From NCBI GenBank assembly GCA_964270895.1, contig OZ185438.1: a stretch of DNA of 64,000 nucleotides. One strand, written 5' to 3'. Below, piece by piece: positions 54,149 through 64,000 of this stretch (its first letter is position 1; the number at the start of each line of letters is the position of its first letter). Below the pieces are notes generated by a model that was given only the letters and a program-made list of their open reading frames with translations, was not told where the DNA came from and searched no databases. Source of the DNA: Podarcis filfolensis. Lineage: Eukaryota. A program made the position numbers and the translations under genes.

Positions 54149-56573
54149 TCATAAACTGTCCCAAGTCTGGATCTAATGAGTCTAGGATTCATAAAGTCTT
54201 TGAAGAGGTTACAAGGCCATCATATCCCAGTGAAGAATGTCCACATTAATGCCTACTCAATCTAAGTCACCCCATGGATGACAGAATGGTCCTGAAAAGC
54301 ATTCTTAATAATATAGCCATGCAAAATTAGCTCTCTGATGGTTTGGTTATTGCTCATGAATTAGCAGAATAATATGGCAAGAGTTCTGTTCTGAACAAGG
54401 TCTCTACATTACCACAGAAAAAGGGCTTGTTCATACAAATATTCACACATATTTAAGCACACTGTTGTGTTTGGTAGCACATAATTCTCAATGAATTTCA
54501 GAGGTATTTAAGCTACTCAGAATGGTGGTCCTGTTCCTACATCCAAGACTCACTCAAGAGCTTTAATTAATCATTTCAACATAATGTCAGCTTTCTGCTA
54601 AAGAATTCTAAAATTGCTGACTCAGATGATGGGGCACATCGACAATGCAGACATATGTAATGCAAGCAAACTCAACGTCTGTTAAATGAGCTGCTGTTTT
54701 AGTGCTTGATCAGTGTCCTCAAATAGCCAACTAGTCTTGTGCCAGGTTTGCTTAAATCCCATGTGTGTGCTTGAGGATTTTTCATAATGTGAATTTATTT
54801 GTACCAGAATCATATTTCCAGCTTGAAGCTTTACTTTGCACTGACCTGGTAAATATTTTAATTTGTGTCTTAAAAGCTTGACAAACTTGGAAGCAGATAA
54901 GTGTGTTTTTAATCAGGTACTGCCTGTTGACCTGGAACATAGTGCTTCTAGGACTGGTTTCTTGAAAGGACTGCAATAGTTTTCATTTTTGAAGGTTTAT
55001 CTTCTAAATAACTATTTTATCTGAAAAAAGCCTTTTTATAAACTTGTCTAACGTGGCAAACATAGTGATGTGATCAATTCCTATTTTATTCAACATTCTT
55101 TTTTCAATTCTGAATATTATGTAACCTCAAATTACTTTATCTGTTCTTGTAAGGTATTTTATAAAAATGTTAACAGAATCATACATTTTCTTGGAGTGTG
55201 TTTATTAACTTGTTTTACCCAAGCATCGTGTCATTTCCACAGTTAACCTGCAAGTGGATGGATTTGATATTATTTATATGGACTTGTGAAGATGAACAAT
55301 TTTTTAATAATATGTTGATATCCAGGAAACCTCTGTACCACTGGACTTAATAATCATGTTCTCAAGTTCATGTGTGTGTGTTTGCATAACAATTGTGAGT
55401 TTCCATTGGTCTTGCATAGGAATTGTGTTCTTGTTAAAGTTCTGGTTATAGTCCTTGTATGTTGAGTGAATACACCATTTGCATAATAGATTCCTTAAAA
55501 AAAAAAAAAGGTCAGACTCCAAAGAGCGATGATAGACATATTTGAGGACTTCACATCATGGCATTTCCGCCTTTAAACAACAGACCACTGTGCCATAACA
55601 CAGACTACTTTTAAAAGGTGTATCAGTTTCAAAAGTGTCTTCCTTTGTGGCATGGGGGCCTATTTGAGAAACTCAAGTTTGATGAGCAAAATAGGATTCG
55701 TTTTGTTTTATAAGACTAGGGATATGTAACAATAGTATGTTATAGTGTGTCTGGGACTACCTCATAAATTGTCTAGTGACAACTGTATATAGAATAACTG
55801 GCTTCTTTCTCTGAGAATGGGATCACTGATGAGATACAATTGTTTTATTCTCTTCTATTATCTGGTTCCTCCAGCATCGTAGCACTTCACTTTCTCTGTC
55901 CGAATCCTTGTAGGGATGTGATCTGTGTGTGTGGACTTCTTGCCCAGCTTAAATCACTTTGCATCTTTTTAGTCCCTATCTTGGTGGCTGGCATTTCAGT
56001 TTTCTTAAGGAAAAGCTAGCACTCATTCTGGTTTCATCTTCAGAGGAGATGTCCACTAGATAGCACTCTTAACACATACTACTTTTGGCTTAGAAGAGAG
56101 TTGGGCATTTCATCTTCTGTTAGCAATTAAAAGTTGAGTTGTAATAATACTATGAAGCTATTCAAACAAGTATTTGAAACAACTCAGTTCATGGTTTTCA
56201 AGAACCCAATGTAAAACAGAAATCAGATCCATTCTCTTAAGTTAGAATAGACTGCTAAGTCTTAATGCAAGATAAAGGGTTCTGCTGAAGCAAGGAACCT
56301 TAAGTGCTGGGGAACGATAAGCAATCATTTTACAAAGGAATTGCATAATGCTCCTTTTGACAACACTTTTGAGAATGCTATGGAGCCTGTGGAAGGCTAT
56401 CAGTTGATATGAATGATGAGTAATGTACCAGGTGGAAAGTTGGCAACTTACTCTTTAAACAAGTTACTGAAACGTGGGGCTTTCATGAGCCTACAGTAAA
56501 AATAACATTGATAGCCCCAAACTCCATTCTTGAAGCAACTGTATACTATACCTTGTTAGATTTGTTTGTAATG

Positions 56574-56796
56574 CAGTGGTAGCTTGGGTTACATATGCTT
56601 CAGGTTACATACTCTGCTAACCCAGAAATAATACCTCGGGTTAAGAACTTTGCTTCAGGATAAGAACAGAAATCGTGCTCCGGCAGCGTGGCAGCAGGAG
56701 GCCCCATTAGCTAAAGTGGTGCTTCAGGTTAAGAACAGTTTCAGGTTAAGAATAGACCTCCGGAACCAATTAAGTACTTAACCCGAGGTACCACTG
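56574..56796. mobile_element. Tigger-like MITE family A, orientation 2 (223 bp)
   Basis: TG|CAGTGGTAGCTTGGG...GAGGTACCACTG|TA (left TA mutated). Confidence 0.9.
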
Positions 56797-57164
56797 TATT
56801 TGTCACGGGTTGTAATGTGAACTTTCTCCATAAAATGGCAGGTCAATGGTTGGCAGCTCTCATCCACGGCAGCCAGCATGAGGATCTGCCAATGGTGCAG
56901 TTGTTGGAATCAGACTGAAGAATTTATTTTTAATTCAGCAGATTTTCAAATGTGCCCCATGTATGATGTCCGTCATACAGGGAAATGTGGCTATCCACAA
57001 CAATCAAATCAGAATGATCCACAATAAAACAAGAATTGTTGTCTAACATAAGCATTTTCCCCACTCATGCTTTCAAGGGTAGGTATTAGACCAAATGGAA
57101 AATCAATAAACTCTGAAGACTATTAGGTTGTCATGTATTAAGATGATTGAATGCACATTTATCT

Positions 57165-58600
57165 TTCATGGGCCCCTGTAGTTGGGCCAGCTGAAGGGTG
57201 TCCGTGCTCTTTGCTCTCAGGACCTGTCGGACTGTCCTCCAAATCTTGGCTGTGTGCTCTGCATGAAGGCTAACCATGCCCTACTTGGTGTCTATCACTG
57301 CTGCCCAGTGCACCATGATCCGTGCTGAGTCCCCCCCCCCCATGTTCACCACAAAGCTGTGGTTTTGTAGACACTAGGGTCTCTTATATACTTGCAACTT
57401 GTTGAAGACAGTCTGAGCAGATATCCTGGTTCAAATACTGATTGACCCTCTTGCGATCCAGGATGGCCTTCCATTTTTACACCTCCTTTGGAACCATTAA
57501 CAAAATGGAGTAGCAGCCAGATCACCTCTGTGGTTCTGCCACATGCTCTGTTGCCCTGATATCCAGCAAATGCTGGAGTGCCTGAAGCATCAGGAGCAAA
57601 GGGGGGAAATGGGGAGGGAGTAGCTGGTCAAATTCTATCCTGTAATCCTGGTGGATGGTGCTGAGCAACCACCGGTATGTACCGTATTTTTTGTCCTATA
57701 GGACGCACTGTCCCATAAGGCGCACCTAGTTTTTTAAGGGGGAAATAAAGGAAAAAAAATTTATTTTCCCCCCAGGTGCAGGGCTGGGGCCAACAGAACA
57801 GGCAACTCTCCACAAGCCGTGGGAGCCCACGCCAGGCTCCCGCGCTTTGCAGAGAGCTGCGCAAAGTCTGGGCGCGCTGAGCTGAGCGCGCCCAGCTTTC
57901 AGCATGCAGGCAACTCCGCAAGCCGCGGGAGCCCAGCTCCCTTGCGGAGAGCTGCGCGAAGCCTGGAGAGTGAGAGGGGTCGGTGCGCACCAACCCCTCT
58001 CGCTCTCCAGGCTTCAGCAAAAGCCTGCATTCGCCCCATAGGACGCACACACATTTCCCCTTCATTTTTGGAAGGGAAAAAGTGTGTCCTATAGGGCAAA
58101 AAATATGGTAGTTGTGGCCTCCAGTAACTGAGGAAGTGCTGCAGCTTCCCCCTTCCCTGGAAGCTGGTCGGAGTCAGGTCTGTTGCTGCGTCTTGTAGTA
58201 ACTATCTTAAGGCCTGTTGAAGAAGGAGTTCTGGTTATTCTGGTTTCTGTTTGAGAAGAACCCCACCTGCCCACCCAGAGGACTTCTAGGCCTTGTTGTT
58301 GAAGGAGACTTTGTAGGCGCCAAAGGAGGAATAATTTCCCTTCTTACCCTTTCTCTCAATCCTTACTTCAGAGTTAACATGGTCTCTGCCAGGGTGTCTT
58401 CCAGCCCCTCCCCAAATAGCTTGTCTCCTTCGAAGGGGTCCCTGGCCAGAATGGTGTTGGCATCTGCCTGCCACTGTTTAAGCCAGAGCTGTCTGCACAC
58501 TGCCATGGCCCTTGCTGAGAATGGGTAGTGGCAACCCACACAGGACCCCCTTCTTCCCTATGGAGAAGGAACTTATCACAGTAAGTACCAACATGCACTT
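57165..58600 (-). mobile_element. DIRS1-like retrotransposon relic (gag/LAP2alpha-like ORF1 end plus RT start), interrupted by a MITE
   Basis: Minus-strand peptides SARAMAVCRQLWLKQWQADANTILARDPFEGDKLFGEGLEDTL, then GKLQHFLSYW, RWLLSTIHQDYRIEF, GCYSILLMVPK, AILDRKRVNQYL, SAQTVFNK, AVIDT and LAQLQG, in DIRS order; contains stops, frameshifts and deletions. Confidence 0.85.
57682..58108. mobile_element. Tc1/mariner (Tc2-like) MITE, 427 bp, nested in the DIRS relic
   Basis: TA|CCGTATTTTTTGTCCTATAGGACGCAC...GTGTGTCCTATAGGGCAAAAAATATGG|TA; GC-rich interior with direct repeats. Confidence 0.88.
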
Positions 58601-58732
58601 ACCTCTGATGAGGCACTAAGTCTCAGTGAATCCAAAATTTGCAACTTAGCCTTGATGTAGATGCTGAACATGACGTAACTTCATTCAAGTTGGTTTTAGT
58701 ATGTGATAGTTCCTACCTTTGATTGTTCAGGC

Positions 58733-58891
58733 CAGTGCTACTCAAAGGGGTGGTCTGCAGACCAGTTCTAAGAAAATTTTGCAGAAGGGAAGTTCACAGA
58801 AGGAAAATTTCCCTGGCTCCTACTTCCCTCTGTAGCTACCTGCACCCTCAAAAAGTCCTACCTGAATGTTCAGATAGCTTGAGAAGCACTA
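58733..58891. mobile_element. Old Charlie/MER5-like hAT MITE
   Basis: CAGTGCTACTCAAAG / GCTTGAGAAGCACTA ends; TSD matches only 5 of 8. Confidence 0.45.
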
Positions 58892-59813
58892 GTCTAGACC
58901 ATTTCATCTTACAAACTTGGGCCACAATCTACAAAAGCGAAGACTGCAATAAAATGCTAGGATGCAACAGGTTTTCCATTGTTTTTGTTGCAATAGACTA
59001 ACCAGGCCACTCTTCTAAAAACTTGTGTTGCATATGAATCGTGTACTGAATTTTGAAGTAAATCTATATGTCTATCCTCACCCTCAAAACTCATGCCTGG
59101 CTCTGTGCTTTTGTGAAAGATGCCTGAGTAAAAGACGTATTGGCATCTGGACAGAGTAAGCTGTCTGTTTCATTTCGAGTTATTTGAAATGCTTGCCTTC
59201 AGCAGCGGTAGTCAATACCTAATATATCTGGGGTAACACAATGGGAAAGAAGAAAGGCTGGACGGAACAAAAGCCCCGGCTCACCTATGCTATTGATTTC
59301 AGTCCGCATCCTCTCATTAGTTTCAGTTAAACATCTTGTCCCACAGCTCATATCATAAATTAAATCAACTGACTTAGAAGGAAAGCTGCAGCTCTGTCAA
59401 CTGTCCCATAATGAAGAGTTCAACTGAGAGGTGAAGGCCGTGACATTCCTCTCATTGTCTCAAGAGCACAGGCATTACTATGTATTGCAAGGGCTTGGCT
59501 CTTCTTCAAGCAGGCCTCATCTCTTTCCCTTCCTTTGTGCTAAAGAGCTGGCCTTCCTTTTCAAGAGCTTTTTTTAAATCGAAGTTTGAAACTCCTTTCA
59601 GCTGCTGCACTCTTGCCTGAAAACACCGGTCCACAACCCCTCCTGACCAGTGTTTAAGGTTTCTCTTAAAAGGCTCCTGTGTGGGAAGAAGCAACATTGT
59701 GGGGGCTGCAAAGTACAAGAGGGTTAGATACTTTAAAAGATTTAAATGCATGTGTCTTTTGTTTAATTGCAAGTCTTCTATTGTGACAATATTGCTTCAA
59801 GCACCTTCTAGAT

Positions 59814-60027
59814 CAGTGGTTCCCTTTTTTGGCCATGCCCCACCTAAACATCTCTAAAATCCTGATGCCCCCCCCCCCCCCGGACATATAATTCTTACTA
59901 TTCAATAAGTAAGAATTCACATGGAGGAAGCCTAAAAGGCCACTCACTGTTAATAACTCATTCTCAAATTTCCCCCCTTAAAAATCAAATTGCCCCCCTG
60001 TGGGGCGTGTGCCCCACGTTGGGAACC
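59814..60027. mobile_element. hAT/Charlie-like MITE, right end damaged
   Basis: TTCTAGAT|CAGTGGTTCCC...GTTGGGAACC|TTAGAT; long C-run inside. Confidence 0.65.
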
Positions 60028-61509
60028 TTAGATGGAAAATGTGATATTGATGTAATTCTGTGTTCATAACCTCTACGGTCCTGTAAAGCACTCTGAATTG
60101 AATGAATCGCTCCCCACCAGCTTGCACCCTCAAACTGGCCAACATAACAAGAAACACACAGGAAGAAGAAAGTACACATGGGCGTTTCTTATTTTCAGCA
60201 TGATAAACAGATTTGTCTGGAGGATGAGGCAGTAACCAGCTTGCAGGTGAGTGCATCTGGCTAATCCTCAAATCAGATGATGGAGGAAGCGATGTTGATG
60301 GAGGGTTTCAGCCTAAGCCTAAGGGATGGTTCCCATATGAACGGTCAACACTTCATGACTGATGCATCAATGGTGACTTCTGTTATGTGTGGGAATTTTA
60401 ATTTCTCGCATTCCTTAAACAAGGCTTCACCAACCTGTTGCCTTCCAGATGTTGTTGAACTACAACACACTGCTGGCTGGGGCTGATGGCCTTTATAGTC
60501 CCAACAACATCTAGAGGACAGACCAAAGTTCTATTGAGGTGTTAAAATCATAGCATTACAAGGAAGAGAACCAGACACTGCCTTCTGGTCCTGTCATTGC
60601 TGCTTTGACTCCTGCCAGCTGCAGGACTCCAGATCACAGAGAGAGCCTACACATCTCAGGTGGGTTTCCTTGTTGGAAGTATTCTCCCAATGTGCTTATG
60701 GTGCAAGATCATGGCAGGCCAGTAAGGGCCATTCCACAATATGTCCTCATGCAACGGGGTGATTTTAAATGCTTGAACAGGGCAAAAGTGGCTCCTAATG
60801 GAGCTGGTTGCAATGAATTTATTGTCAAGTGATCAGAAATCAAGTGATTTAGACATAGATTTCCTGCTTTGTCTAGCTAACTCTCATCTCAGAGTGCAAA
60901 TCAATCCTAATGACATTATGCAGAGGTCCTGTTCAGTTTTGTGTCTCAAACTGCATAGGACTTTAGCATAATGTCATTAAGGATTGTATTATTAATGTTG
61001 AAGCTCGTACTGATTACTCAGTGATTAGTGACATAATTGGAAATCTGTGTTTTGTAACAAATATCTTGCCCCGCGGCTAACTATTATATCTATGTTTTAT
61101 GAAGTGTATTTCCCCTTCTGCCTTTTTTTTTAAAGCACCTGAAACCATGTAAAACTTTTAAATATATCTGAACAGCAGCAAAAGCAACAGGCAATAAAGG
61201 AGCACAAAATATGACCCCAAAAGACTTGCACGTTGATTTAAAATACTTTTAAAATAAAATAAAATTTTGGTCTGCACTGAACATCATTAGAAAAGGTGGT
61301 CAGGTGATCTTCACTAGCAGGTGCAAATGCTGTGGTACTTGTAGACTATAGATCTCTGCTATGCCTCGCCATTCTTTTGTGAACAATAAATAGTTCTGTT
61401 CATCTCCAAGAATAGGGTTAACATACTTAAATAAATGTGTTGTCTTGCCTTTCCATTAAAAATTGGGGGAAAGCCCTGAAGCTAACTTTGCAACCAATAA
61501 AGCAATATA

Positions 61510-61876
61510 GGTAAAGGTAAAGGTAAAGGTACCCCTGCCCGTTCGGGCCAGTCTTGCCAGACTCTAGGGTTGTGCGCTCATCTCACTCTATAGGCCGAGA
61601 GCCAGCACTGTCCGCAGACATTTCCGGGTCACGTGGCCAGCGTGACAAGCTGCATCTGGCGAGCCAGCGCAGCACATGGAATGCTGTTTACCTTCCCACT
61701 GGTAAGCGGTCCCTATTTATCTACTTGCACCCGGGGGTGCTTTCGAACTGCTAGGTTGGCAGGTGCTGGGACCGAACGATGGGAGCGCACTCCGCCACGG
61801 GGATTCGAACCGCCGACCATGCGATCGGCAAGTCCTAGGCGCTGAGGTTTTACCCACAGCGCCACCCGCGTCCCAT
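61510..61876 (-). mobile_element. Sauria SINE, full length, with 14-bp TSD
   Basis: Same subfamily as 4157. TSD AATAAAGCAATATA at 61496-61509 and 61877-61890. Confidence 0.94.
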
Positions 61877-62439
61877 AATAAAGCAATATAAGGGTTATCA
61901 AAGAATAAAAATCACAAACAATAAAACAAGATGTTTCAATTTAGATGGAAAACAAACTAACAGAAGGATGCCAGACGAAACCTGAATAAAAGAACCAATA
62001 AAAGTTTTAGTGGTATCTTCAGAGATATTAATGCAGTTTAGAAATATTAAGCAACTGCTAAGCTGAAATGTACTGTAACATCAGTGGACTTGCTATCTAT
62101 GCAGGCATACAAACCCACTAAAATAAACCGTTTGTGTATAATTTCAGAACTGGCGCCCAGCTTCTAGATTCAGCTTTGGAGTTTGATGCACAATATTAGC
62201 TTGTTGATGTTGCCTTTTTACAGTTTGGAACTCATTTCCTTCAGATATTCCCAGGCTCGCCACTTTCCTGCTCTTTAAGGAGCATCTCAAACGCATCCCA
62301 TAGGTTTTATGTCCAAAGTTAACTCAAGGACATTCGCAGTAAGAAAATAAACTGGCTCTTTCTCCCTCCTGCAGCAGCTTGTAAAGCCTCCCTGGAGGCC
62401 AGGGGAACCTGAATGAACCATCTGCCCTGTGGACCTGTG

Positions 62440-62553
62440 ATTGGGTCCTGTTTTTGGGTATCCCACAGGAATCTGGATGGCCACCATGAGAACTGGATGT
62501 TGAACTAAGATGGACCTTTGGCCTGATCCCGCAAGCTGCGCTTATGTTCTTAC
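62440..62553 (+). mobile_element. Old SINE/LINE 3' tail fragment
   Basis: GATGTTGAACTAAGATGGACCTTTGGCCTGATCC...CTTATGTTCTTA; a similar tail occurs near 23540-23590. Confidence 0.5.
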
Positions 62554-63742
62554 ATTAGGGCTGTTGCTGTACTGTTTGCTCTGGTCGAGTGCCTATCCTC
62601 TAAACCTATCCTGATGAATCTAAAGCCATACAAACCCTGTGGATGTGTGGAATGATTCCTCAATTGCCTTTAACTTTTGTGTTAAAAGCAAAACAAAGAG
62701 TTGATCAATTTTGTAAGTAACCAGCCATCAGAACTGGACCAGTAGTGACGAGCTTTGAGGTGGAACTGGGGATCTGTGAGATTCTGGTTTTTGCAATTCT
62801 GGCCAGTACTGGAGAGAAAAAACCCTCCCGAACTTGTACTGCCTCTACGTGCATCTCTTTGTGACAGACCACACATTGACGTCTCTAGGCCACTTTATGT
62901 GCCATAAGACCTTTGAGCCCCCGTGACCAATAATTGCAAAAAGATTAAGTTTTTCCATACTTCTGCATCCTTGGGAGTTCTTTTCTATTCTTCCCGTTTT
63001 AAATGTAATCTCATGCTCTTTGGCTTGTGATTATTTTTGCTATTGATCCACTGTGGGAACGAAGCCCTGGCAGCCCAATTTCCTTTCAATATTCTCCCGT
63101 GAACGTGATTAATTTTGGTTGCACGGCTCTCCTGTCTCTGTGCTACTTTCAGGCTGTCATGCCTGCCAATGTGTGTTCACCCCTTCCATCTTTCCTTTCT
63201 CTCCCCCTCCCTCCTCCTTGTGCCATTTCGTAATGGGGAGCTTTTATCCACCTGGTGTGCCCTCACTTTGAGTCTAACTGCCTGTGCCAATCACTTTTTT
63301 CTTTCTTTCTTTCTTTTGGAAAGGAGACTCCCAGATTGTCTAATTAACAGTGTTTGACCGTTAAACTGAAAAAAGCAAAACAAATTAGAGATCAACTTAG
63401 AAGAAGACAAATGAGCGGAGGGAGGTGTAGGGAAGGATGGGGAGAATTTGCACCACGAGTGAAGATAAATGATTTTTTTTAAAATCCCAAATATGAGTCC
63501 AAGGGAAAAAAGATTTATAGGCTTCTCAAGATCTGAGAGAGGGAAGTTAATGACTGGCAAGTGGTGCTGCTAGTGCAGACGAGTGAGCGGCTTGGATTTT
63601 CTTTTCGTCCTGTGAAAGGAAGCAAGTCCTTGAGACATAAATTTCTACATGGGTCGATCAAACTGAAAGTTGCCAAATTTGAGATCGGCTCTTCCCCGGT
63701 TGTGTTTAACAATATAAAAGCAAGATAAAAAATTTAAAGGGA

Positions 63743-63866
63743 TGCTGGATAGCTCAGCTGGTAAAGCATGAGACTCTTAATCTCAGAGTAATGGATTTAA
63801 GCCCCACTTGGGGGGAAAAGATGGTCCTTGTAGTCCCTTCAAATTCTGCAATTCCATGATTGGGGC
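63743..63866 (+). mobile_element. tRNA-Lys(CTT)-derived SINE with CR1-like tail (not a functional tRNA)
   Basis: TAGCTCAGCTGGTAAAGCATGAGACTCTTAATCTCAG matches the tRNA-Lys D and anticodon arms. The T-loop/B-box is decayed (ATTTAA). It is followed by GTCCCTTCAAATTCTGCAATTCCATGATT, resembling the CR1 tail at 11838. Confidence 0.75.
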
Positions 63867-64000
63867 TTTATAAAATAATAGGCATGTGTTTTGCACAAGT
63901 GTTTCACTGGGTGAAATGAGTCCTTTAGTCCTGTGTACTGAGCAGGCACATCCTTCAAGGAATGGCCACTGGGATGTCTTAAGCACATCCCTCCTCTTGT

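Noticed and set aside
55487-55509. AATAGA followed by A13 as a poly(A) site or retrocopy end
   Set aside because: The spacing is too short and there is no TSD or parent sequence; it is a genomic A-run prone to internal priming.
57628-58094. 145-aa and 91-aa ORFs
   Set aside because: They lie inside a GC-rich non-autonomous MITE and have no transposase motifs.
62110-62120. TGGCGCCCA, like a tRNA-Lys primer binding site
   Set aside because: Only 9 nt match, with no LTR upstream and no retroviral ORF downstream.

Overview
This is vertebrate genomic DNA, almost certainly from a squamate and probably a lacertid lizard, judging by the Sauria SINE and MITE content. The + strand carries most of CBLB (E3 ubiquitin ligase Cbl-b). 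I traced 17 coding exons (3-19 by human numbering) from 7753 to the TAG at 50795-50797. All have GT-AG junctions and compatible phases, and they total 2760 nt (919 aa plus stop). They encode the TKB, linker/RING, proline-rich and UBA regions. Exons 1-2 lie upstream of the window, and no second protein-coding gene was found. Introns and the 3' flank are rich in transposable elements: Sauria SINEs, TA-flanked Tc1/mariner-pogo MITEs, hairpin hAT MITEs with 8-bp TSDs, Harbinger-like, L2, CR1 and L1/Tx1 relics, a Penelope-like insertion, and a DIRS retrotransposon relic interrupted by a MITE. I found no CRISPR array, functional tRNA/rRNA, or clearly new gene system. The best leads are: (1) a decayed minimal hammerhead ribozyme inside a 50-bp inverted repeat next to exon 13; (2) two candidate poison exons, one preceded by a 150-nt AG-free tract; (3) two inverted TE pairs that bracket frame-preserving exon blocks (circRNA/skipping candidates); (4) a rare GAG acceptor on the skippable exon carrying the pY709-like motif; (5) an unexplained run of hairpins in intron 18. 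TE family names and human comparisons are from memory, not from database searches.
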